64,000 bases of DNA from the human T2T-CHM13v2.0 reference genome, Homo sapiens. The stretch lies in NCBI RefSeq assembly GCF_009914755.1, contig NC_060931.1, one strand, 5' to 3'. Position numbers and translations under genes: made by a program. This document shows, one piece after another, positions 1-15,492 of this stretch. Positions within the stretch are counted from its first letter, which is position 1, and each line of letters opens with the position of its first letter. The notes under the pieces are model-generated. The model had not been told where the DNA came from and did no database searches. It was given only the letters and a program-made list of their open reading frames with translations.

Positions 1-614
1 AGAAGTGTTGAGGTTGAGATCAGTTAATAATATAGTAATGCTGGTGGCTAGGACTGGGAGGGATGGAGGGATAGTAGTAGAAGGACTACCGTAATGAGGA
101 CGGATCAAACGAAAGGAGGTGTCTGATATTGGGATATTGCTGGGGGGTTTATGTTGATGATTGTGATAATAAAGTTGATGGCCCCTAAGATAGAAGAGAC
201 ATCTGCCAGGTGGAGCGAGAAGATGGTCAAGTCCACGGAGGCTCCTGCATGCTCTAGGTTCCCTGCTAAAGGGGGATAAACTGCTCAGCCAGTTCCGGTG
301 CCTGCCTCTACCATTGAGGATGCAAGCAGAAGTAGAAAGGATCGGGTGAGAAGTCAGAAACTCATGTTATTTATTCGGAGAAACACCATATCGGGCACAC
401 CCACTATCAAGGGAACTAGCCAGTTGCCGAAACTTCCAATTATGATTGGTATAACTATAAAGAAGACGATAACAAATGCGTGGGCGGTAACAATAACATT
501 ATAGATTTGATCATCTCCTAGCAGAGTTCCTGGCTGGCTAGGTACTGCTTGAATTAGGAGGCTTAAGGCAGTGCCTATGTGGTTAGTTGAAAATAATCGG
601 CAATTCATGAACAT
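1..614 (-). pseudogene. MT-CO1: Nuclear pseudogene copy of mitochondrial cytochrome c oxidase subunit 1 (5' part)
   Basis: ATG at 614 gives MF...[50 protein letters not shown], then TGA read as mitochondrial Trp, then [32 protein letters not shown]. There is a 48-bp deletion after H12 and an 8-bp duplication (GGAGGGAT x2, 57-72) that shifts the frame. Confidence 0.97.
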
Positions 615-623
615 GGGTACAAG

Positions 624-690
624 GGTAAAATGGCTGAGCAAGCATTAGACTGTAAATCTGAAAACAGAGGTCAAAGGTCTCTTTTTACCA
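624..690 (+). tRNA. MT-TY: NUMT pseudo-tRNA-Tyr (mitochondrial type, anticodon GTA)
   Basis: GGTAAAATGGCTGAG...AGACTGTAAATCT...TTTTACCA, adjacent to the COX1 start. Confidence 0.9.
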
Positions 691-750
691 GTCCTGGGGT
701 GATATCTCATATATTGAATTGCAAATTCAAAGGAGCAGCTTCAATCCTCC
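690..750 (+). tRNA. MT-TC: NUMT pseudo-tRNA-Cys (GCA), 3' end deleted
   Basis: TTGAATTGCAAATTCAA anticodon arm and GCAGCTTCAA are present; the 3' acceptor strand (GCCGGGGCTT-like) is missing. Confidence 0.85.
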
Positions 751-768
751 CCTAAACCGCGGGAGAAG
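747..768. other. Remnant of the mitochondrial light-strand replication origin (OL)
   Basis: The GCGGGAGAAG arm lies between tRNA-Cys and tRNA-Asn; the opposite arm is largely deleted. Confidence 0.75.
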
Positions 769-841
769 TAGATTGAAGCCAGTTGACTAGAGTATTTAGC
801 TGTTAACTGAATTTTCGTGGGTTTGGTCTCCACCAATCTAG
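769..841 (+). tRNA. MT-TN: NUMT pseudo-tRNA-Asn (GTT)
   Basis: TAGATTGAAGCCAGTTGA...TTAGCTGTTAACT...CAATCTAG. Confidence 0.9.
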
Positions 842-842
842 C

Positions 843-909
843 AAGGGCTTAGCTTAGTTAAAGTGGCTGATTTGCATTCAATCGATGCAGGATAGTCTTG
901 CAATCCCTA
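843..909 (+). tRNA. MT-TA: NUMT pseudo-tRNA-Ala (TGC)
   Basis: AAGGGCTTAGCTTAGTTAAAGTGGCTGATTTGCATTCA. Confidence 0.9.
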
Positions 910-918
910 GATTTGTTA

Positions 919-1283
<365 letters not shown>

Positions 1284-1296
1284 GTAACCTAAATTT

Positions 1297-1580
1297 CTAA
1301 GTCATAGTCAGTAGCAGCGGAGAGATAGGTAGGAGGAGGGTGGAAGAGATAATAAGTGAAGATACGAATAGTATAGGTTTTGTGTTTTCAAGCTATCATT
1401 TTATTTTCGTGTTACTGGATGTGGGAATAGTTTTATTGGGGTGAAATAAATTAGGCATATATAGAAGTATAGGTTGAGTAAAGCTATAATAGCTATAATA
1501 GTTGGGGTAATAAGGCTGTTATTTTTTGTAAATTCTTGAATGATAGCTCATTTAGGCAAAAATCCTGTTAATGGGGATAA
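1297..1580 (-). pseudogene. MT-ND2: Nuclear pseudogene copy of mitochondrial NADH dehydrogenase subunit 2 (3' part)
   Basis: Mitochondrial-code translation [52 protein letters not shown] with an internal TAG; ends at the TAG overlapping tRNA-Trp. Confidence 0.95.
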
Positions 1581-1594
1581 CATATACTGGTTTC

Positions 1595-1687
1595 GCCAGG
1601 CTGGTCTTGAACTTCTGACCTCAAGTGATCCACCCTTCTCGGCTTCCCAAAGTGCTGGGATTACAGGTGCGAGCCACCGCACCCGGC
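1595..1687 (-). mobile_element. Truncated Alu (5' ~90 bp of the left arm, AluS-like) abutting the NUMT edge
   Basis: GCCAGGCTGGTCTTGAAC..CTCAAGTGATCC..CCCAAAGTGCTGGGATTACAGG..CCCGGC; the rest of the element is absent. Confidence 0.9.
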
Positions 1688-1968
1688 TTCTGTGAGTTCT
1701 TAAGGCTTTTTTTTTTTTTTTTTTCCTGGGCAACATCCCTGTTTCTGTGGCTACTGAATCTTCCTTCCATTCTGGAATGCCTTAGCTTTATCCTGGAACA
1801 TCTGCCTCCAGGGAAAACTTCCCTCTTTTTCATATTTGCCCCAGCTGGAGAAACGCACTTGAAAGATTTCTGACTTTCAGCTGTTTCCAGCGAATTCCTT
1901 AAACTGCTCTCAGCCATAATGTGAGGTCCAAAATCCCATAACTCTTGTCCTGAATTCTCCAGTCTTGA

Positions 1969-2326
<358 letters not shown>

Positions 2327-2563
2327 CACAAGACTTTTTAAACCATCGGCCTGCTTCTAGATGAGAGGTCCTGTTTCTCCCACCCATGTCTGAGATAAAC
2401 CTGTTTCAGCCTCTCAGCATCTTTCTCTCCTTCCATTCCTCTTCCCAGAGGTCTTTCTAGGCCTAGAAGTTTAAAAACTATTTTAAGCCAATCCCATAAA
2501 TTGCCTCTGAAGACCTGAGTATTTTCTGCTCACATACCAACAATTCCTGCATTCTCCTCATTC

Positions 2564-2872
2564 TTTTTTTTTTTTTTTTTTTTTTTTTTGAGATGGAGTT
2601 TCGCTCTTGTTGCCCAGGCTGGAGTACAATGCGCGATCTTGGCTCACGACAACCTCCGCTCCCCCAGGTTTAAGTGATTCTCCTGCCTCAGCCTTCCGAG
2701 TAGCAGCGATTACAGGCACCCACCATCAGGCCCGGCTAATTTTTGTATTTTTAGCAGAGACAGGGTTTCACCATGTTGGCCAGGCTGGTCTCAAACTCCT
2801 GACCTCTGGTGATCCTTCCACCTCAGCCTCTCAAAGTGCTGGGATTACAGGAGTGAGCCACCGCACCCAGCC
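2564..2872 (-). mobile_element. AluSq/Sp
   Basis: GAGTTTCGCTCTTGTTGCCC diagnostic; long T tail. Confidence 0.9.
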
Positions 2873-3366
2873 TCACTTTCCTTTTCAGCCTCCAATGAGC
2901 AGACCTGGTTCCTAGCGAAAGAAAATTGTTGTGTGTTGTTGCTGTTGGCTTTCTTCTCAAACACTCACTTTTGGATAATTTCATCAACTGGTTCCATGAC
3001 TCAGTCTAGGATCACACACCACGTGCCCACGGATCCCTCATCACCATCCTACTTCACCTGTTCTTGTATAAATTCCACCATCTCCTAATGTTTGAGCCCA
3101 TCTTCTATGTTTTCCTAAGGAACAGCCCCTCCAAATGGGAAAAATGAAACAAGAGAATAAAATGAAATTTGCCTCCATTAATACCAACTCACTCCACAAT
3201 ACAGATGCTAAAACAATTTCACGCAAGAAGTCCACTTATTTGGAAGTCAGCCCTTTCAAGAATCCACTTTTTTCCCCTGCCAAGCCTAGATTAATCAAAA
3301 ATCAATGCACAAACTCTCTCTCTCTCCCCCGCTCCCTGAGTTTTGCAAATGAAAACCAGAGCTGCC

Positions 3367-3695
3367 CTTTTTTGTTTTGTTTTGTTTTGAGACAGAGTCT
3401 CACTCTTATGGGCCAGGCTGGAGTGCAGTGGCATGGGTCTCAGCTCACTGCAACCTCCGCCTCCTGGGTTCAAGTGATTCTCCTGCCTCAGCCTCTCACG
3501 TAGCTGGGATTACAGGCACCTGCCACCACATCCGGCTAATTTTTGTATTTTTAGTAGAGACGGGATTTCACCATGTTGGCCAGGCTGGTCTCAAACTCCT
3601 GACCTCAGGTGATCCGCCCACCTCGGCCTCCCAAAGTGCTGGGATTTCAGGTGTGAGCCACTGAGCCACCGAGCCACTGAGCCACTGTGCAGGCC
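3367..3695 (-). mobile_element. AluSq/Sx with a GAGCCACY x4 micro-duplication (3655-3686)
   Basis: Alu consensus; TSD CAGAGCTGC. Confidence 0.9.
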
Positions 3696-4315
3696 TCAGA
3701 GCTGCTCTTAACAAGGCTATACCAAATTCCCTATCTTCTATGCATAAACTCCTCACCTCTGTGCTGAAGGGCAATGCCTGTTAATTATCATAAAGGTAAC
3801 TTACAATGCCTTTACAAGGGTGGAAAAAATAGATCCTAAATCCTTGACTAGCACTGGCCACGGCCACCATCCACCATCCCCACTGCATTCCCTGGGAATT
3901 CCAGGGCTGAGGGTTTTGCTTCAAGTCCCTAATGAGTCACCTAACCTGGTGATCTAGGCTGAGTCCCACATGAGACCCCTCTGGTCTCTTTACCTTGAGG
4001 TCCATGAGCAGCCTCTTCATGGCCCCTTCTCCAGGGCCCTGCCACTCGCCTTTTCTAAGGGCAGAGCTGCTTCCCAGCCTGGCTGTCCCAGACTCTATCT
4101 TATCATATCATCTGCTTCACATGGCATTGAGAAGAGAACCAGGACACCAAAACAAACCCAGGCAGCAAGCGGGCTTGAATCTTCCTCTTCCCTTGTGTCC
4201 TTGGGGTCTAGAGAGGTCATCTTCCACCCACAGCAGAACCACTCCTCCCTGACGTCCCAAATTGCTCTGGAGATAAGACTGTGTGCCCAGCTTACAGGGT
4301 TCTCACATGAAGCAT

Positions 4316-5087
<772 letters not shown>

Positions 5088-6031
5088 GCACCCAACAGCA
5101 AAAATAATGGAATAAAACCCCTGACAGTCTCCCCCTCTCAGGAATTGAAAGGAACTAGAAAGGAGATTTCAGCCACTCGAATCTGCGCAGCTGACTGTTG
5201 GTGCTGGTGGTGACATACGGCTGTTTACTGATTTATGGAGTGATAAGTAGCAACGGGATGGAGTCTGACAGGAGTGGGCTATATATATTCCTGAAGCTGT
5301 GTTCTCCCAGTGTGGACGCTTGAATCAAGCCATATGCACTGTAGGCTGACTTTGATTCTCAGTAACAACTGTTTAAGAGAGGACAGAGGCAAGGATTCCA
5401 GATTTGTTGACTCGTGTTGTTCTTGGGGAGACAGGGGGAGTGAGGGTTCTGTTTCCAGGACTTCCCCTGGGAGGCTGTCTCCAAAGGAACGCAAATCATT
5501 CACGGAGGCAGGAGATGTTAGTAGTAGTTTGGAGTTAGACCCAACATATGCCAGGACCTTCAAAGAGGTGTGGGCTGAAACAGAAGGAAGTTTACTTTTT
5601 TTTTTTTTACTCATATGCACCCAAAAAAGCCTCCCTCCTCCCAGCTTATAATAAGAACTGACAGCACTCAGATGTGATTCTAACATATTCTGAAAGATTT
5701 ATAATATCCCGTGAACACAAGAAGAATTTTTAGCAGAGAAATTCCAGAACAGGACCATGATGTTGATCAGCTGAGCAATGATGGATACTTGCATTCTGAT
5801 GGTTTTTCTTTTTCCCTTTACAGAATCGTATATTCAGACATTTATCCAATAAGTTTTATGGGCTGGGGCTGAGCTAGAGTCTGAGGGTGGGTTGAAGGTA
5901 ATGGGTTTCAGCAGTGCCCCTCCTCAGAGTACAGGGGTGCTCTGGTCTTCTGAGGGCTCCAGGGCATACATCCCTTCAGATTCTAATTGTTCAAAGAAAG
6001 CCCATTCTTCTTGAAGTCAAGAGCTAAACAT

Positions 6032-6324
6032 GGCCAGGGTCAGTGGCTCACACCCATAATCCCAGCATTTTGGGAGGCCGAGGCGGGGGAATCACAAGGT
6101 CAGGAGATCGAGACCAACCTGGCGAACACTGTGAAACCCCGTCTGTACTAAAAATACAAAAAAATTAGCCGGGCATGGTGGTGGGCGCCTGTAGTCCCAG
6201 CTACTTGGGAGGCTGAGGCAGGAGAATGGCATGAACCCCGGGGGGCGGAGCTTGCAGTGAGCTGAGATCGCACCACTGCACTCCAGCCTGGGCAACAGAG
6301 CAAGACTCTGTATCAAAAAAAAAA
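6032..6324 (+). mobile_element. AluY
   Basis: GAGATCGAGACC, GAATGGC, GGAGCTTGC; TSD AAGAGCYAAACAT. Confidence 0.92.
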
Positions 6325-6367
6325 GAGCCAAACATTACCAAGTTCTTTTAAAGAGCACAAAGGAACA

Positions 6368-6872
6368 TACATCGTTCTAACATAAAGAAACGTGCCCACG
6401 GATGTTCATTGCAGCACTATTTAAAATAGCAACATCATGGAATCAACTTAAATGCCCATCGATGATAGACTGGATAAGGAAACTGTGGTACCTATGCACC
6501 ATGGAATACTATGCAGCCATAAAAAGGAATGAGATCATGTCCTTTGCAGGGACGTGGATGGAGATGGAAGCCATTTCCCTCTGCAAACTAACACAGGAAC
6601 AGAAAACCTAACACTGCATGTTCTCACTTATAAGTGGGAACTGAATGATAAGAACACATGGACACACGGGGCAGGGGGAGCAACCCACACCGGGTACCTG
6701 TTTGTGGAGGGGGGAGAATCAGGAAGAATAGCTAAAGGATGCTGGGTGTAATACCTAGGTAATGGGTTGATCTGTGCAGCAAACCACCATGGCACACGTT
6801 TACCTATGTAACAAACCTGCACATCCTGCACATGTACCCAGGAACTTAAAATAAAAGTTGAAGAAAAAAAAA
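6368..6872 (+). mobile_element. L1 3' end (L1PA15/16-like)
   Basis: ORF2 C-terminus [30 protein letters not shown]; 3' UTR ending CTTAAAATAAAAGTTGAAG followed by an A tail. Confidence 0.9.
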
Positions 6873-7289
6873 GAATACATGAGTTGGTTACTGCCATTGT
6901 AGAATTGCCTCCCACCTCAGCCAAAACTACAGATCATCACGTTTTAACATGAGTAGAGGAATTCTAGTTCAACTACCCACCTAATTGTTGAGTCTCCTCT
7001 GCAACATTCCCAGCAGGGCAGCAGAAAGCTGTGCTTGAATGTCTCTGGTGACGGGGAACTTGCTGCCTTTGTAGAAACCCTTCTCAGGTAATCTAGGACT
7101 CCCTGGACTCAAGTTGAGCTTAGTTCTTTCTCCCTGCAGCTTTTGCCTGTTGGGTTCTTCCATTTGGAGCCATGTAGAACAAGTCTAATTCCTCTTCCCT
7201 GAGATATTAAACAAGTGTCCTAAGTCCTCTGTCTACCTGGCCAGGGACCAGCCATCCTTTGATCAGTTCATCATAGAACCAGCATCAGC

Positions 7290-7500
7290 TACTGAGGCTT
7301 ACTGTGCACCATTGCAGCACATTAGATGCTTTACACCATTATTTCATTTAATCCTCATAGCCATTCTTTGAGAATTCTGTGCCCATTTTATGGATAGGAA
7401 AACTAAAGATCAAAGAGGTTAAGTAGTTTGCGCAGAGTTACTCTGCAGGTATGGCAGAGTGTGAACTTGAACCCAGGACTGTCCGACTCCAGGGCTGTCA
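7290..7500 (-). mobile_element. MIR
   Basis: CATTTAATCCTCA..CCCATTTTA..GGAAAACT..AGAGGTTAAGT core. Confidence 0.8.
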
Positions 7501-7570
7501 AGTGCTCTCCATCATGGTTGCATATATAGCATGTAGATTTATCCATCAGTCTTTCATTTTCCCTCCCTAA

Positions 7571-7911
<341 letters not shown>

Positions 7912-8699
7912 TGTTTTGTTTCATCATAGCATTTAATTATTGGTAAGTAAGGGACTAGTAGAGTTATAGAGTGGGTACTGATAGTAATCTAGTTGTGTCC
8001 CATAGAAGTAGAAGGAGAACTATCACTTAAACTTGTCAATCACCTTTTATTCTGCTTAATAAAAGTTTGAATGCTCCTAGAACAGAACACTGAACTATGC
8101 ACAAGGGACACAAAGCTGATTACCAATTGATCACTCCTTCAAGGGAGACAAATAAGTAAATGAATAATCCAGAGACACGGGGCGGACCTCTATGCGAAGG
8201 GTCCTGTGATCATGGAAAGAAGAGTAGGTCCTACTGGGTGCTGGATTAGAGAAGCAGAAGTCAGAGAAGACTTTACAGAGGCTGGGACTTTCCAGCCCTC
8301 TCTTAAGAAGTGAAGCTTTGTAACAGAGAGGTGGAGAGTTAAGTGGGAGGCACCTGAGGCTCATTCCAGAATGAGCGAAGTCATTGTCATGAAGGGAACT
8401 GGTATCATCCAAGGTCAAGGAATTTTCTGGTAACACCAATGTATCAGATGCACAGAGGGCAGGTGGTGTAGATGACAAGGCTAAAAATAAGCAGTTGGGA
8501 CAAGATAGATAAGCTAAGCCTTGAAGTCTTAGCAGGGAGCCAACAAGAGTATTTATGCAACAGAAGCAGAACTACATTTTGGAAAGGTATCTCAGGTGAC
8601 TTTGCTGTGAACTCTAGAATAAGGTAGGACAGAACCTTTACCAGTAGCCAAGGTCACATTTACTCTTTTTTCAACCATATTGCATAGTTAATTCTCAGC

Positions 8700-9304
<605 letters not shown>

Positions 9305-9827
9305 TAATGCCGTTAAGCCGTGTCTCTCCAGCCATGGGCAGTAGGACCTGCACTTATCCCTAATGCATTGCTTTGGTTAAATTTGTCCCCTTCATCCTGC
9401 TGTTTACAACTTTCAGGATATTGGTTTTTATCATCCAACATGCTTACCAGGATCCCAGCTTCATGTTGTACAATTATTTAATAAAACTCTTTGTAAGTAT
9501 TAATGCAAATCACAGATTAGAAAGAAAAAAGTCAGAAGGCAAGGGCAGAGCTCCAAAGCGTGTCACTAGACACTTCCCACTGGATTAGCATTTACTTTTA
9601 AATCAATTCCTTTGAAGGGGAGCTCTTTAATCAGTAACTATTTCCATTCACTTGTCCCTTTTTTTGCGAAATACTGTGCTTTCAACATTCCAGATGAAGT
9701 TAATCACACAAAACTTGCTCATGGTGGAGCCACGCTGGTTGCTAGTGTCTGCGGCTTCCTTTGCTTAATGCTCACATGCCAGCCCTTAAATCTTTCATTA
9801 TGCATTCCTTTTTTACAAAAAAAAAGT

Positions 9828-10245
<418 letters not shown>

Positions 10246-10808
10246 CACAATTATGCATTCTTGAATGCTATTTAGTCGAGATTCCAGCTTCTTTCTTAGT
10301 TGGAAAACCAAACACCAATTGCTTGTCTCCAATTTTCCAAACCACTTATGTTCTTCATAATTCACAAAGGCCACTGTAGCAGCTTGGGTATTCTAGTTTG
10401 ACAGGTTTGGGGTTTTTTTTCCCCGTAATCTGGGATATAATTTTTCCATCCTAGAATACCACAAATGTCTGTTTCATCATTTATAAAATGGAAATTACCA
10501 TAGCACTACCCCATGGGGTGGTCTGATAATTAAACAGCATAATATACTGAAAAGACCAGTGTCTAACAAGTATTAAACATTCCAGGTCAATTGGCCTAAA
10601 AACCCAACTCTTCTAAAGCCTTTATTTTCTCCTAAGCCTCCTAATTCTGTACATGATACCACTATTCTTGCAGTCACTCAGCTGGACACTCAAAGACATC
10701 TTTGATTCATTGCTTGCCTTCACCCTCACATCAATCAATGTTAAGTCTGGTAGAATCTATCCCTGCAATCCTGCAGACACCAGCCCTTTCTTTCAATCCA
10801 GTGGTCAC

Positions 10809-11199
10809 TGTTACGGACTGGATGTTTGTGTCTCCCCAAAATTCACTTGCTGAAGCCCTAACCCCCAATGTGACTGTTTGGAGATAGAACCTATGAGGAG
10901 GTGATAAAGGTTAAATGAAGTCATAAGAGTGGGGCTCTAATCCAATAGGGCTAGTGCCCTTATAAAAAAAAGAGGAGTCACCAGAGCTCTCTGCCTCTCC
11001 TTTCCTCTCCTTGCCATGTGAAGACACAGCAAGAAGGTGGCCATCTGCAAGCCAGGAAAAGAGCCCTCACCAGGAACCTAATTGACCAGCACCTTGATTT
11101 TGGACTTCCCGGCCTCCAGAACTATGAAAAATAAATTTCTATTGTTTAAGCTGCCTGGCCTGTGGTATTTTGTTATAGTAGCCCAAGTGAACTAAAATA
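10809..11199 (+). mobile_element. MLT1A0-like MaLR LTR inserted in an L2 remnant
   Basis: TGTTACGGACTG..CCCCAAAATTCA..GAAGCCCTAACCCCCAATGTG...GGACTTCCC..CCTCCAGAACT..AATAAATTTCT..GTATTTTGTTATAG. Confidence 0.88.
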
Positions 11200-11530
11200 G
11201 CTACCACCTCACTTAAGGCCTTCATCACTTCTTCATCACTTCTTACCTGGACTGCAGCAATAGCCTCCTAATGATTAACCCCTCCCTATCTTTCTCCACT
11301 CCAATCTAGCTCTCTTATTGCCACCAACTTAAACTTCCTAAGTTCTTCCCCCAAATCACCAGTAGTTCCCTCCCGTTTACCAAATTGAGCATAAACTCAC
11401 CACTACATTCAATCTTCCAGATAAGCTTCCCATATAAACCCTACATATGATCTCAATCTATTCCTGAAACCTCATATCCCTGACTCCTTATATACCCTTC
11501 ATTCCAGCCAAACTTCTCACCAGTTCCTAA

Positions 11531-11872
<342 letters not shown>

Positions 11873-12065
11873 TAAATCTCTCCACTAGTGTGTTCTTCAG
11901 GAACATATTCAGCTTCAAGAAACAGAGTAACTGACTAATAGTGACATAAACAACTGGGGGTTATTATTTTCATATAACAAACCTGGGGATGGAAAGTTGC
12001 TACTGTCAGCTTAGTTGCTCCATAATGCCATCAGAGAGATTGAAACTCCTTTTACTCTCTTTTAG

Positions 12066-12458
<393 letters not shown>

Positions 12459-13104
12459 AGAAAGCCCCTTTTACTGGAAAACTCAGAACACTTCATGTTC
12501 AATGCAATAAGTTGTATTACCAATTTATTATTGCCTACAAATGGCTCCACAATCAATAAGTATTGACTAGTTTCTGTTAGGTATATTGGAGGAAAAAAGG
12601 AGTGAAGGAAGTTGTATTTGTTCTCAAGTTAGAGAGAGAGAGATACAAAGTGACTGCTCCTAAACCGCTTTGAAAAAAATGCAGTTGGTTTCAGATCAAT
12701 TTCAGATCCCTGGCACCAACACTCATCTTTGCTCAACAAAACCTGTCTTCACAGGATAATACACATAGAATCCTCAGCCCAACTTGGTCAACTTACTATG
12801 ATGTCTGCATTTCTCTGGCTTGATTTTTACTATAGCTATACCTTTGTTATAAGAAATAAAATTAAACATTATTGCATAAAGAACATTAAAAGGGAGGAGG
12901 CAATCATTAAAGTTGATGCTACAGAATAATTTATGATTAAAATAAATATTTTAAGAAAATCCAAACTATAGAGTGGAGTGTGTGGGACCCATAATTACTG
13001 ACAAGATATATTGTGTGCAAGGGTGCATTTATATATAGACATAGAAGGGTCTGGAGTCGGGAGAAATAGAAACAAATGCAGAGAGATTTTTAAAACATAT
13101 TTAC

Positions 13105-13690
13105 GCCGGTCGCGGTGACTCATGCCTATAATCCCAGCACTTTGGGAGGCCAAGGTGGGCAGATCACTTGAGGTCAGGAGTTCAAGACCAATCCTGGCAA
13201 ACAAGGTGAAACACCATCTTTACTAAAATACAAAAATTACCAGCACTTTGGGAGGCCAAGGTAGGCGGATCACAAGGTCAGGAGTTCGAGACCAACTTGG
13301 TCAACATGGTGAAACCCCATCTCTACTAAAAATACAAAAATTAGCTGGGTGTGGGTGGTGGGTGCCTGTAATCCCAGCTACTCGGGAGGCTGAGGCAGGA
13401 GAATCACTTGAACCCGGGAGGCGGAGGTTGCAGTGACCCAAGATAGATGCCATTGCACTCCAGCCTGAGTGAGAAAAGCAAAACTCTGTCTCCAAAAAAA
13501 CAAAAACAGAAAACAAAAATTAGCCGGGCGTGGTGATATGGTGCCTGTAATCCTAACTACTCAGGAGGCTGAGGCTGAGAATCGGTTGAACCTGGGAGGC
13601 AGAGGTTGCAGTGAGCTGAGATTGCACCACTGCACTCCAGCCTGTGCGACAGAGAGAGACTCCCTCTCAAACAAACAAACAAACAAAAAA
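13105..13690 (+). mobile_element. AluS with a second, 5'-truncated AluS (13240-13510) inserted in its A-rich linker
   Basis: Left arm, nested Alu, right arm; duplicated ACAAAAATTA. Confidence 0.85.
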
Positions 13691-14312
13691 TATTTACCAA
13701 AATGTTGGCAGTGGTAATCTCTGGGTGCTGCATTACAGATGGCTTTTATTTTCTGTTTTTGCTTGTCAGTACAGACATACCTTGGAGAGACTGTAGGTTC
13801 AGTTACAGACCATGGCACTAAAACAAATTATACAAATTTTTTCGTCTCCTAGTGCATGCAAACACGATGTTTACACTACACTCCCGTCTATTCAGTGTGC
13901 AATAGCATCGTGTCTAAAAAAAATATGCATACCTTAATTTGGAAATACTTTATTGCTAAAAAAATGCTAACAATCGTCTGAGTCTTTAGCAAGTCGTAAC
14001 CTTTTTGCTGGCAGAGGGTTTTGCCTCAGTGTTAAGGGGCTTCCTTTAAATTAGGCTTTGGTATAAGGGAATGCTGTGGCTGGTTTGATCTTCTATCCAG
14101 ACCAGTAAAACTGTCTCCATATCTGCAACAGGGCTGCTTTGCTTTCTTATCATTTCTATGTTCACTGAAGTAGCACTTTTAATTTCCTTCAAGAATTTTT
14201 CCCCTGCATTCACAACTGGGCTGTTTGGTGCAAGGGGCCTAGCTTTTGGCCACTCTCAGCTTTTGACATGCTTTCATCACTAAGCTTAATCATTTCTAGC
14301 TTTTGATTTAAC

Positions 14313-14565
14313 CTGGACTGACAGAGTATCTCATGCCTGTCATCCCAGCACTTCAGGAGGCCAAGGCAGAAGGATTGCTTGAGGCCAGGACACCCTTTCT
14401 CTACAAAAAACTTAAAAATTAGCCAGGCATGGTGGCATGCACCCTGCTACTCAGGAGGCTGAGGTCAGAGGATCACTTGAGCCCAGGAGATTGAGACTGC
14501 AGTGAGCTGCGATAGTGCCATTGCACTCCAGCCTGGATGGCAGAGAGAGACCTTGTCTCAAAAGA
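14313..14565 (+). mobile_element. AluJ (degenerate) within Tigger1
   Basis: GGATTGCTTGAGG, GAGCCCAGGAG..CTGCAGTGAGC. Confidence 0.85.
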
Positions 14566-14574
14566 AAATTTAAT

Positions 14575-15492
<918 letters not shown>

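Noticed and set aside
354-641. 95-aa COX1-like ORF as a functional gene or true mtDNA
   Set aside because: It has a 16-codon deletion, a downstream frameshift, TGA read as stop in the nuclear code, an Alu insertion and nuclear flanks. It is a NUMT pseudogene.
5100-5690. ORFs 5279-5686 (-) and 5310-5651 (+); faint plus-strand resemblance to a LINE endonuclease
   Set aside because: No recognisable protein. The motif similarity is weak and on the opposite strand from the neighbouring CR1-like fossil, so I cannot support a call.
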